Shown here: positions 52,285 through 60,454 of the stretch, piece by piece
How positions within the stretch are numbered: position 1 is the stretch's first letter
Layout: each line of letters starts with the position of its first letter
Virus record (IMG/VR): IMGVR_UViG_3300029908_000004
Location: 1-64,000 of that record
DNA length: 64,000 bases
Direction: 5' to 3' (one strand)
Notes under the pieces: model-generated
The model's database searches: none
What the model saw: only the letters and a program-made list of their open reading frames with translations
What the model was told of the DNA's origin: nothing
Made by a program: the position numbers and the translations under genes

Positions 52285-52465
52285 AACTACGATTGTTTAC
52301 GTTAATCTCGGTGCTTTACCATTGAGCTACTCAGGCATATGTTTTGGGGCCCGAGGAGAGCATCGAACTCTCATACCCGATTTTGAAAGAAATCGTCTAC
52401 CAGATGTTGTTTCTACCAAGTGAACCTCTTGGGTAATAGATTAACGTTAAACTTAATCGTTTATT
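52285..52465 (-). ncRNA. Permuted tRNA-like RNA with a long closing stem and no GGGUCGA motif
   Basis: T arm GAGAG-TTCGATG-CTCTC, CTCGGGC-C-CCA, short linker, GCCTGAG, D arm GCTC-AATGGTA-AAGC; flanks ACGTTAATCT/AGATTAACGT pair. Confidence 0.7.
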
Positions 52466-52790
52466 TAACCTGACCCTGAGGTTGAAAGAATCCTTGCGGA
52501 CTCTTCCCAAGCTTGTTAGTTATTAGCCACTTTGTCTTTGTACTTAAGACCGGGCTTATTGCGTTTGTCCATCTTTTTCTTTGCTGATGCAATGTGTTTC
52601 TGCTTGTTACTGAACTTCATTGTACCACCTCTATAAAACATTTCTCCTACGGCAAGAAGACGAATCTTCTAGGTGGTAACATCGCATTAAACCCACGACT
52701 CTTGTTGGTTATGACCCAACCTCCGTTTACTACGTCCGTGCGACTAGTTCGTAGCGACCTCGGGGATTCCGTCCTATAGGAGAAAACTTA

Positions 52791-53549
52791 TTATGCTAAT
52801 GGAACAAGGATATAATCCATCAGCTTCTTGCCAATCTTTGAGCTTGATACGTCAATGTCCTGCTCATTGGCGCGGGCTCTTGCCTTCTTGACGAATCTTG
52901 ACAGGTTTTCAACCCTCTCCAGAAGTGAAGCTTTCATAACTGGAGTCAACATTGAGGACCATTCCTGAGTTCTCAATAGACCTGTTGCAATGGTTTCTTC
53001 CAGAATTTGACACTGTGCTGGATGTTTGTCTGTAGCCGGGTACAGAACTAGTGGTTTCTTTACAAGTGTTTTGCGCTCTGATTCCACGTCTCTCGCTTGA
53101 TAGATTCCTACTGAGCGGTTATCGTCTTGCTTGAACCCTTTTGTTGGATCAAGTGTTGGAATAGCTGTCAGAAGAACCTGAACTTCCTTCAACCTCTTTT
53201 CCAACTGCAATAGACTTGTGGCGGGGACATCCTTCAGGATTGTGTTTCCGTCATCGTCTACCACATCTGCTCTTGCTTGAGTATTTGCTACATCAACCTG
53301 ATGTGACAGGTCAATACTCTTGATCTGGAATGCCGACCACCACAACAGTTCATCTTTCACTGTTGTCTGAATCTCTGACACTTCCTCGATCTTGACTGGT
53401 GCACCTTCTGTATAAGCAGAGTAGGTCTTACGAATCTCACTGAAATGAGATCTTTTCTTCTCGAAGGTGGCCTCTAATTCAGTCCGTGTTTTTGCGGCTT
53501 GATTTTCCAAATTCTTCTCAACCGCTAGTAACTCATGTAGCTTTGGCAT
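52791..53549 (-). CDS. Conserved phage coiled-coil protein
   Basis: MPKLHELLAVEK...VPATSLLQLEK...IPTLDP...YPATDKHPAQ...KKARARAN. Confidence 0.8.
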   Translation of the reverse strand: MPKLHELLAVEKNLENQAAKTRTELEATFEKKRSHFSEIRKTYSAYTEGAPVKIEEVSEIQTTVKDELLWWSAFQIKSIDLSHQVDVANTQARADVVDDDGNTILKDVPATSLLQLEKRLKEVQVLLTAIPTLDPTKGFKQDDNRSVGIYQARDVESERKTLVKKPLVLYPATDKHPAQCQILEETIATGLLRTQEWSSMLTPVMKASLLERVENLSRFVKKARARANEQDIDVSSSKIGKKLMDYILVPLA

Positions 53550-53610
53550 ATCTGAACCTCACTTGGGTTTCTCTTTGTAAGTTTGAGTTTAGTTAAAAGG
53601 GCATGGTACT

Positions 53611-53844
53611 TTAGTACATGTCCTGATCTTGTGGTGATATAAAAGGAGGAGGTGGTGCGCCCGGTTCCCCAGTGGCTAATGCATTGCGACCAGCAGCTAA
53701 GATAATACGAATTTCTTGTATTACTCTCCAGTTCTCGTATGAGAATCTTTGAGCTGCTGTTTGGTCGTATTCAGTCATTACTTCTTCTATCATATCAAAC
53801 TGAATACGATTAAATGTTACTGTAATCTGTTCTTCCTGTCCCAT
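53611..53844 (-). CDS. Hypothetical protein
   Basis: 77-aa ORF. Confidence 0.55.
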   Translation of the reverse strand: MGQEEQITVTFNRIQFDMIEEVMTEYDQTAAQRFSYENWRVIQEIRIILAAGRNALATGEPGAPPPPFISPQDQDMY

Positions 53845-53872
53845 TTTACCTTTGTTTAGAATTGCAGATTGT

Positions 53873-54016
53873 CTAGATATTTCTGCCAGAGAATAGCCCT
53901 ATCATTAATACTATAAAGGCTAGTACTAGTAAAAGGTGGATTAAACCGCCTGCTATATGGAGACCGAAACCAAGTAACCATAAAAATAGTAAAATTATTA
54001 ATATCGTCCAAAGCAT
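53873..54016 (-). CDS. lmo0937/DUF5670-like small membrane protein (47 aa)
   Basis: MLWTILIILLFLWLLGFGLHIAGGLIHLLLVLAFIVLMIGLFSGRNI. Confidence 0.8.
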   Translation of the reverse strand: MLWTILIILLFLWLLGFGLHIAGGLIHLLLVLAFIVLMIGLFSGRNI

Positions 54017-54068
54017 ATGAATCCTTCACGTTATTGTAGGGTGGTTCCCCACCCTACAATGTTGAATG

Positions 54069-54224
54069 TTAGAGCCTACCCAATACTAGAAGTATAATGA
54101 GGATTAAAAGAACTAATCCTATTCCTCCACTTGGAAAGTATCCCCAATTCTGACTGTGTGGCCAAGAAGGCAACGCACCGACGAAGAAGAAGATCAATAG
54201 TATTACTAGGATTATTCCTAACAT
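54069..54224 (-). CDS. DUF3309-family small membrane protein (51 aa)
   Basis: MLGIILVILLIFFFVGALPSWPHSQNWGYFPSGGIGLVLLILIILLVLGRL. Confidence 0.85.
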   Translation of the reverse strand: MLGIILVILLIFFFVGALPSWPHSQNWGYFPSGGIGLVLLILIILLVLGRL

Positions 54225-54235
54225 CTGTTACTCCT

Positions 54236-54895
54236 TTACATTGATACGTTTATTGCTATTGCTACACCAGCATGTCTACTATCATATAGATAATACCCAC
54301 CACCTTCATAAACAATATAGCAATCATCTGTATCATACCAGTTATCGCCCCAGTCCCCGGGATAAGGGTCAGCTAGTACAAACCAAAAACCGTTATATTG
54401 GAAGCTTGGGAACCCATTAACCAATCTATATGGGTAGCTGCCAATTCTGAATGAGTGTTCTCTTCCGAATGACGTTCTAAACCTATCATCTGGAATATGA
54501 TACCCGTTATACCCGCCACGAGCTGCCCAAGTCTTATGTTCACCAGCCCAATTACCTGACTTGTGAGCTTGCCAATCACTTCTTTGTTCTTTTGGTCTCT
54601 GTTCTTGTTTAGGCTGTTGAGCTTGCTTCGGAGCATGTTGTTGTTTAGGCTGTTGATCTCTTTGTTCTACTCGTTGAGCGCTCGGCTTCGACATCTGAGA
54701 AGGCTGGCTGCGTGGATGTGATTGAGGACGCTGTTGGTCCATATTATGTTGTGGTTTCGCACTCTGTTGTGATTTAACTTGTTCGTGCTGTTGAGCTGGC
54801 TTTTCTTGCTTTTCACCAGACTTCTGTGCGTATACTGGGGCTATCCCAATAAGTGCACACATCAAGATACCTAAGTATCTACTTTTCATGAACAT
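54236..54895 (-). CDS. Secreted Q/P-rich protein with an aromatic beta-rich C-terminal domain (RcnB-like)
   Basis: Signal peptide, low-complexity QQP region, HIPDDRFRTSFGREHSFRI...WYDTDDCYIVY. Confidence 0.7.
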   Translation of the reverse strand: MFMKSRYLGILMCALIGIAPVYAQKSGEKQEKPAQQHEQVKSQQSAKPQHNMDQQRPQSHPRSQPSQMSKPSAQRVEQRDQQPKQQHAPKQAQQPKQEQRPKEQRSDWQAHKSGNWAGEHKTWAARGGYNGYHIPDDRFRTSFGREHSFRIGSYPYRLVNGFPSFQYNGFWFVLADPYPGDWGDNWYDTDDCYIVYEGGGYYLYDSRHAGVAIAINVSM

Positions 54896-54974
54896 TGTTC
54901 TCCATTGCTACTAATAAAAGCTCAATGGCTTTCACTTGTTTCAGTCCTACATGTTTAATTAGTATACGATAATT

Positions 54975-55373
54975 CTATCCATCTATGTTAGTGTTTTGTT
55001 TCTTCTTCCAGTCACGTATTGCAGCCGCTATCGCGTCTTGGGCAAGAACCGAGCAATGAATCTTGACCGGAGGCAGTGACAGCTCTTTCACTATGTCGGT
55101 GTTCTTGATCTGCAGAGCCTCGTCCACCGTCTTGCCTTTTACCCACTCGGTCGCCAGCGATGACGATGCGATCGCCGAGCCGCAGCCGAACGTCTTGAAC
55201 TTCGCGTCCTCGATGATCCTGGTCTGCGGGTTTACCCGGATTTGCAGCTTCATGACGTCGCCGCATTCCGGAGCGCCGACCAGCCCGGTGCCAACCTCAT
55301 CTGCATTCTTGTCCATGGTGCCGACGTTGCGCGGATTGGTGTAGTGATCCAGTACCTTATCGCTGTAAGCCAT
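54975..55373 (-). CDS. iscU: Fe-S cluster scaffold protein IscU/NifU
   Basis: YSDKVLDHYTNPRNVG...GAPECGDVMKLQI...KFKTFGCGSAIASSS...LPPVKIHCSVLA. Confidence 0.97.
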   Translation of the reverse strand: MAYSDKVLDHYTNPRNVGTMDKNADEVGTGLVGAPECGDVMKLQIRVNPQTRIIEDAKFKTFGCGSAIASSSLATEWVKGKTVDEALQIKNTDIVKELSLPPVKIHCSVLAQDAIAAAIRDWKKKQNTNIDG

Positions 55374-56067
55374 CCATCTCCTCTACTTGTTGCAAAACAC
55401 TTCTTACCTTGTTTATATCTAAGCTACTATCATCTTCAGTTCTAACTCTACGCTGCATGTCGATCCAATATGGAGCACGGCAAACGTCATTAATTCTTGA
55501 GATCTCTTCCTTCACGTTATCTGGTCCTAATCCACCAGCAAACCCTATCGGGAATGCAAACGTTGGTGACGGCCATTTGTCTGGGATGATACCCCTTCCA
55601 CCGGATTTGTCAAATAATCCTTGAGCTCTGAATCCACAAGATTTCAGTGCATAAGGTAGTAGGTTATTTACCCCGTCCAACTGAAAGATAAACTTTTTCT
55701 GACTAAGCTCCTTAAGTCTGTTTACCATACTAAATGTGGAACTGTGTGTTTCGCTGTGAGTGTTAATCTGAATTCTATCGCTTATATTAACACAAGCAGG
55801 TAGAGCTGTCCAGTCTAACTCACCAATCAGTAATTCTTTAACCCATGCACCACAGATATGTGTAGCTACCTGAAGTTCATTTATCTCAGCAGCTTTGGAG
55901 AATTGTGATATCCAATGATTGAATGGAAATCTAGGCTCACCGAAGTGGTCTCTAGATACTAAGATCCCCCATTCTACGAATGGGAACTCTTTACTAAGCT
56001 CAACCAGATCGTTGATATTGGTAGCATCATCAGCTCCAGTGATTGTTACTGTGTGTGGATAAAACAT
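55357..56067 (-). CDS. TIM-barrel protein (phosphoribosylanthranilate isomerase-like)
   Basis: VTITGADD...VEWGIL...LFDKSGGRG...GFAGGLGPDNV...YWIDM; start placed at MFYPH. Confidence 0.65.
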   Translation of the reverse strand: MFYPHTVTITGADDATNINDLVELSKEFPFVEWGILVSRDHFGEPRFPFNHWISQFSKAAEINELQVATHICGAWVKELLIGELDWTALPACVNISDRIQINTHSETHSSTFSMVNRLKELSQKKFIFQLDGVNNLLPYALKSCGFRAQGLFDKSGGRGIIPDKWPSPTFAFPIGFAGGLGPDNVKEEISRINDVCRAPYWIDMQRRVRTEDDSSLDINKVRSVLQQVEEMDGLQR

Positions 56068-56116
56068 AAACTCCTTTGTTTGGCATGGGCACGAGGGCGG
56101 AGATAGAACTAAGTTT

Positions 56117-56143
56117 TGGCACCAGATGGAAGAATCGGACTCC
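56117..56143 (-). pseudogene. Orphan tRNA 3' end (Trp-like)
   Basis: GGAGTCCGATTCTTCCATCTGGTGCCA, downstream of tRNA-Trp. Confidence 0.55.
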
Positions 56144-56166
56144 TGAGTCCTGATACTTAAATTCTT

Positions 56167-56240
56167 TGGCACAAGCACCAGGATTTGAACCCGTACGAAC
56201 TGTTTTGGAGACAGTCATGCTACCGTTACATCATGCTTAT
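56167..56240 (-). tRNA. tRNA-Trp(CCA)
   Basis: ACTGT-CT CCA AA-ACAGT; G73; CCA. Confidence 0.92.
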
Positions 56241-56282
56241 GCGATAGCCTTTTACTACATGGAAAGGCCTTCCATGTCCATA

Positions 56283-56603
56283 TTACTTCTTAAACAGTCT
56301 TTCTAATTCTCTTACATCCGGGTTAATAGGCTCTGGTTCATCCATGTTGTCATCATCATCATCATCATCGTCATCGTCATCATTGTCAAAGTATCGGTCG
56401 TAGACATATACTTGACAATTACACCTTGTAAGTGCATTTTCCATTACACAACAACCATGTTTACCTTCAGTGTGACGACATCTGAAGTGCCCACATTGAC
56501 ATACACCCGGTTTGAGTCTCAAGAGTTCTTTTATAAGTAATAATATAACAATAATCATCATTATTGCTACTACAATGATAAACAACTGAGTTATCAAGGT
56601 CAT
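56283..56603 (-). CDS. Membrane-anchored protein with a Cys/His motif and a poly-Asp tract
   Basis: Transmembrane helix, CQCGH..C.H, and a long Asp run encoded by GAT/GAC repeats. Confidence 0.65.
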   Translation of the reverse strand: MTLITQLFIIVVAIMMIIVILLLIKELLRLKPGVCQCGHFRCRHTEGKHGCCVMENALTRCNCQVYVYDRYFDNDDDDDDDDDDDNMDEPEPINPDVRELERLFKK

Positions 56604-56621
56604 AATAGCCTCTCTTTACAT

Positions 56622-56696
56622 TGGTACGCCGTGAGAGATTTGAACTCCCAACCTCTTGCTTGTAACGCAAATACTCTACCATTGAGCTAACGGCGT
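56622..56696 (-). tRNA. tRNA-Val(TAC)
   Basis: TTGC-GT TAC AA-GCAA; CCA. Confidence 0.9.
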
Positions 56697-56698
56697 AT

Positions 56699-56956
56699 TT
56701 ATTGTATCTCGTTATCGGTTATGTGGATCTTGCCTTTTTCCGTTGGTTCCACTCGGATATGTGGTTTGATGTAGCTTTTATCAATCAGTCCATTATTTAA
56801 CAGTGTAACATGAATTCTCATGTTATCTTGGATTACATCCGTTAGAACGTCATTCTGTACGATTACTGCTTCGTTTAAGTTACGAAGGGTAAGGTATTGT
56901 GAGATATTAATTAAAGCTAACCCAATCATTGAAATGATCATAATTCTCTTTGCCAT
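56699..56956 (-). CDS. Membrane-anchored hypothetical protein
   Basis: N-terminal hydrophobic segment. Confidence 0.55.
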   Translation of the reverse strand: MAKRIMIISMIGLALINISQYLTLRNLNEAVIVQNDVLTDVIQDNMRIHVTLLNNGLIDKSYIKPHIRVEPTEKGKIHITDNEIQ

Positions 56957-56986
56957 TACCCTACCCTTCTTTCTTAAGAGGCGGAT

Positions 56987-58687
56987 TTACTCCGCTTCTG
57001 CTTCTTCAGTTTCCAATACTTCCGTTTTCCCTGAAACGAATTGGGCAATCAACGAAGGCACATTGGTATCGAATCCAACCACGTCCAACGAACGTACATC
57101 GTTTGGATCTGCGATCGAGAATCCAGTTGCTGTCATCCCGATGACAATCTGATGAGCGTTACGTCCAGAACTCTGACGATAGCTCTCCAAAGCGCTAAAT
57201 ACGTGTTTAGGTCCTGCCCAAGTCTCGTTGTCAGTGATGTTGACAAACACATCGACTGGCATCTTCTTTTCTTGTGCATCCTTATATGGAAGTGAACAAT
57301 CTGTTCCTCCCCACCCTGTGCGTAGTGCCTTGGATATTGCTGCGTCTAGCTTCATGGATTTAACCAATCCAACATCAATCATCTTGGTGTTGTAGGAAGC
57401 AACGTGATGCCATGGCTCATTATGCATGATTACCATAGCCATTGCTACTGCACCCATGATTGGTGACATGTTTGGACAACCAACAAGATTTCCCCATCCC
57501 ATTGAGCCGGAACAATCCAAGCCAATGTAATAGTTCAAATTGGTGGTTTCAGCATTCTTAAACGTCTTATAGAACGCTGCGTCCATAGCATCCAAAACTG
57601 GTTTCACCACTGTCCAAGTCAACGAGCCACGAATGCCATGACCAGTTTGATAGGTTAACATAGCATTCAGAACAGTTAGTGGGTGAACACGACTACGTTG
57701 CAGATATTCCTGATCCGACAGACGTGTTACTACTAGCTTTGACGCCTCTGATAGAGGAGCTAACAGCTTGATGCTACTCATCTTACCAAGGTTCCTGATC
57801 ATTGCGTTCATGGGCATTTTCTGAAGCAATGCCTCCCAAACTGCAACGTGGTTCAATGCCTCTGTAGGGATCATTTCGCGAGTGAGGTTGTACTTCTGAA
57901 TCGCTGAAATGATTACCTTTGGGTCTTTTTCATTCTTCATTGCCTCGAACTGCTTAATCAGTTCTGGCAAGTCCTTCTCTAAATCGGTTGCTCCGTGCAG
58001 ACCTTTGGTAGCCCAATCAAACAAGGCTTTCTGCCCATTCGACAACGTAGCATGGGTACCTGCATGGGTGGCACGAAGGATGTCGCGATGGCTCCATCCT
58101 TGTGTTCCATCCACACGCCGTGATTGGTATTTCACCATCTGATAAGCCAGTTTCTGCTCATCTTTCTGTGTGTACCAATCTGCTACGCCGTTGCGTAGTG
58201 ACCTATTCCAACGCATCTTTGCGGCACCTTCGGCCTGTTTTGACCGCATGCCTTTCAGATATTCCATTAGTTGGAACAAATGCGTTCCGATACGTGCTAC
58301 GTCTGGCAGTTTATCCAAGGCGTAACCACGAGTGGATTTGTCACCGAATGCTATACACTGTGCCAACGCGAACAGGGCATAGTCATTCTTTGGAGCCCGG
58401 CCAGATACAGAGATATCGACAATCGTTTTTACTGTCTTCTCTCCATCTGCCGAAATACAGCGTTCAACGCACTTTGCGTTGTCACGCGTCAACTTGTCGG
58501 CACCAACATAATAAGTGCCACCTTCGCTTCCAAGAATTATAAATCTCTGGAGTCGGTCCCAGTCACTCAGTTCAAAAACATAACCTCCAGCGTTATTCTG
58601 AACTTGATTCTTTTCTGGGAATGGTTCACTTTGAGGAATTGTTGGCTTCATCGCCCCATACACATTTGTTAGGTTGGGTTTCTTCAT
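56987..58687 (-). CDS. rsr: Ro60/Rsr TROVE-domain RNA-binding protein with a vWA domain
   Basis: QVQNNAGGYVF...DRLQRFIILGSEGGTYY...KYQSR..GWSHRDILRATH...MIRNLGKMS...SRVHPL...LDCSGSM...GGTDCSLP...TDNETW...VVGFDTNVP. Confidence 0.96.
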   Translation of the reverse strand: MKKPNLTNVYGAMKPTIPQSEPFPEKNQVQNNAGGYVFELSDWDRLQRFIILGSEGGTYYVGADKLTRDNAKCVERCISADGEKTVKTIVDISVSGRAPKNDYALFALAQCIAFGDKSTRGYALDKLPDVARIGTHLFQLMEYLKGMRSKQAEGAAKMRWNRSLRNGVADWYTQKDEQKLAYQMVKYQSRRVDGTQGWSHRDILRATHAGTHATLSNGQKALFDWATKGLHGATDLEKDLPELIKQFEAMKNEKDPKVIISAIQKYNLTREMIPTEALNHVAVWEALLQKMPMNAMIRNLGKMSSIKLLAPLSEASKLVVTRLSDQEYLQRSRVHPLTVLNAMLTYQTGHGIRGSLTWTVVKPVLDAMDAAFYKTFKNAETTNLNYYIGLDCSGSMGWGNLVGCPNMSPIMGAVAMAMVIMHNEPWHHVASYNTKMIDVGLVKSMKLDAAISKALRTGWGGTDCSLPYKDAQEKKMPVDVFVNITDNETWAGPKHVFSALESYRQSSGRNAHQIVIGMTATGFSIADPNDVRSLDVVGFDTNVPSLIAQFVSGKTEVLETEEAEAE

Positions 58688-58771
58688 TTTCTTTTGACCT
58701 CTTACGAGACTACCAAGATAATCTGGCTTCTCGCATCCTTTATATTTGCTTTGGAGATTTTGGTTTACCCT

Positions 58772-58930
58772 TTAAGAACGATTTTCTTTGGTGAGCAGCT
58801 GGGCAACCGTTTCCAGTGAATTGAAGCTTGGGACGTGGGCGTCTGGAGGCGCTGGGTGCAAACCCTTTGCCACAGCCGTCATCTCCTCACGCAACGATTT
58901 CAGCGATTGAATTTTCAACTTGCTCGTCAT
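58772..58930 (-). pseudogene. Truncated bacterial HTH regulator (HVO_A0114/MarR-like N-terminus)
   Basis: MTSKLKIQSLKSLREEMTAVAKGLHPAPPDAHVPSFNSLETVAQLLTKENRS*; stops before the HTH. Confidence 0.5.
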
Positions 58931-58940
58931 CCTACACCCC

Positions 58941-58993
58941 GGATATGATGTTGCATAGGGTTTGTTGTCAAGGTAACCCTACGCGTTCGACCC
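58941..58993 (-). ncRNA. Minimal Y-RNA-family member (53 nt)
   Basis: GGGTCGA-N8-GGTTACC...CCCTATGCAACATCATATCC. Confidence 0.75.
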
Positions 58994-59014
58994 GTGGTCG
59001 AATTTTGTTGCTAT

Positions 59015-59076
59015 GGATATAATACGATTGAAGGCGTTTTTATCTGCAATGATTGATAACCTTCATTCTTCGACCC
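59015..59076 (-). ncRNA. Minimal Y-RNA-family member
   Basis: GGGTCGA-N8-GGTTATC...CCTTCAATCGTATTATATCC. Confidence 0.75.
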
Positions 59077-59096
59077 ATAGCCGATATTAATAGAGT

Positions 59097-59164
59097 GGAT
59101 ATAAACAACTTTGCTGGGATATTGTTTAAATTAGCAGTTTAAGGTAACCCAACGATCTCGACCC
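59097..59164 (-). ncRNA. Minimal Y-RNA-family member
   Basis: GGGTCGA-N8-GGTTACC...CCCAGCAAAGTTGTTTATATCC. Confidence 0.75.
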
Positions 59165-59331
59165 ACTCCATGATTTGATGGTGGAAAGAGGTATTGTATG
59201 TTTGGCCCAACACCGGCCTAGATATATCCGCAGTGCTGGTTTCCTCTCTTACAAATTACCTAGTTCTAGGCACCAAATAACCGTAAGCCACCAAACTTTA
59301 TTACTTCGTTTCAAAATCTTTAATATCTAGT

Positions 59332-59452
59332 AGATATAAATTTGACTGGATGTTTTAGAGTGTCCTGCCAATTAGACGATGCCGGTTACCCGGTAGAGAG
59401 ATTCGAACTCCCATAACCCGCTCCATAGGCGATAACCCAATCGGGTCGACCC
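59332..59452 (-). ncRNA. YrlA-like Y RNA 3
   Basis: GGGTCGA-N8-GGTTATC; GGGAG-TTCGAAT-CTCTC; acceptor hairpin ACCGG-GTAA-CCGG; D arm GTCT-AATTGGC-AGGAC; 3' ATATCT. Confidence 0.85.
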
Positions 59453-59502
59453 ACTAGATAAATTCATTTGCTCCCTAGGAGCGCTTTACATTCTTATGGT
59501 GT

Positions 59503-59565
59503 GGATATAAACAACTTAGTCAGGAAGTTTATCAAAGTAATAAGGTAATCCTAACTATTCGACCC
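59503..59565 (-). ncRNA. Minimal Y-RNA-family member
   Basis: GGGTCGA-N8-GATTACC...CCTGACTAAGTTGTTTATATCC; shares its 3' 17 nt with the 59097 copy. Confidence 0.75.
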
Positions 59566-59688
59566 AAACCATTTCCTATGCGAGGAGCAATAACAATATA
59601 ATAAAGAGAACTGGGTGAAGGTTCCAGAAAGCCAGAATTAGTGCTCCCTTTCCTAGTAGGGCAAGTAGAATTAGAATTAATATCATAA

Positions 59689-59919
59689 TTACCTCTCAAT
59701 TGTTGTTTCTTCTTCTTCTTTGTGTTTATTTCTTAGAGAGAGAATCATACGGGAAACTTCTTCTGCCGTTAACATTACGTCTCCCATCCTTCTGAACGCT
59801 TCTGCTAAGTTAGTAAGTGTTAGGTCGTAAAGGGTATCCATCCCATTTTCCACAATTTCCTTTACTCCACTTTCTTTCTTTTGATCCACAAACCATTTAT
59901 CCCAAAACATAGTATTCAC
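59689..59919 (-). CDS. Hypothetical protein
   Basis: 76-aa ORF. Confidence 0.55.
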   Translation of the reverse strand: MNTMFWDKWFVDQKKESGVKEIVENGMDTLYDLTLTNLAEAFRRMGDVMLTAEEVSRMILSLRNKHKEEEETTIER

Positions 59920-59955
59920 CTTAAGTGTTTCTACTTCCCGTAGTATTCTCTAAAT

Positions 59956-60032
59956 TGGCTGAGAGGGAGGGATTCGAACCCTCGGAATCTCTGGCTTAAC
60001 AGGCCAGCGCATTACCACTTTGCTACCTCTCA
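59956..60032 (-). tRNA. tRNA-Asn(GTT)
   Basis: CTGGC-CT GTT AA-GCCAG; G73; CCA. Confidence 0.93.
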
Positions 60033-60454
60033 TCATTGTTACAACTTTCTTTCTCACGTGGTAACTTTATGATACCTTTTGGTTTATTAGATTTGTATTT
60101 AGTATTGAGTTCATCAGTACCCATACATATATAATGTCCATTAAGTGGATGTTCTGGTAATTCATCTAACATAGCCATAGCTAACCTATTGAAAATGAAG
60201 TCTTTAAGGTATTTAGATTTCTTCAATTTCCCTAAATTGTGAAAGCTATAGCCGAGTCTAGAGGAACCATTTGTTCTATGTTCCCATCTACGAAACATCT
60301 TACCATTAACTATCTTACCGTCTATCTCAGCTATGAATAGATGTTCAGCTCTCATTCCTGTACGTTGTATATAAGAATGGGCTAATATCTTTACCTTGTG
60401 ACCATCTTTGGTAATGTACTTTTCTTTATTCATAATGAGGAATAAACTTTTCAT
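60023..60454 (-). CDS. Hypothetical protein
   Basis: 143-aa ORF. Confidence 0.55.
   Translation of the reverse strand: MKSLFLIMNKEKYITKDGHKVKILAHSYIQRTGMRAEHLFIAEIDGKIVNGKMFRRWEHRTNGSSRLGYSFHNLGKLKKSKYLKDFIFNRLAMAMLDELPEHPLNGHYICMGTDELNTKYKSNKPKGIIKLPREKESCNNDER

Noticed and set aside
56343-56385. GAT/GAC microsatellite as a phase-variation or contingency locus
   Set aside because: It is an in-frame trinucleotide run that encodes poly-Asp; length changes would not switch the frame.
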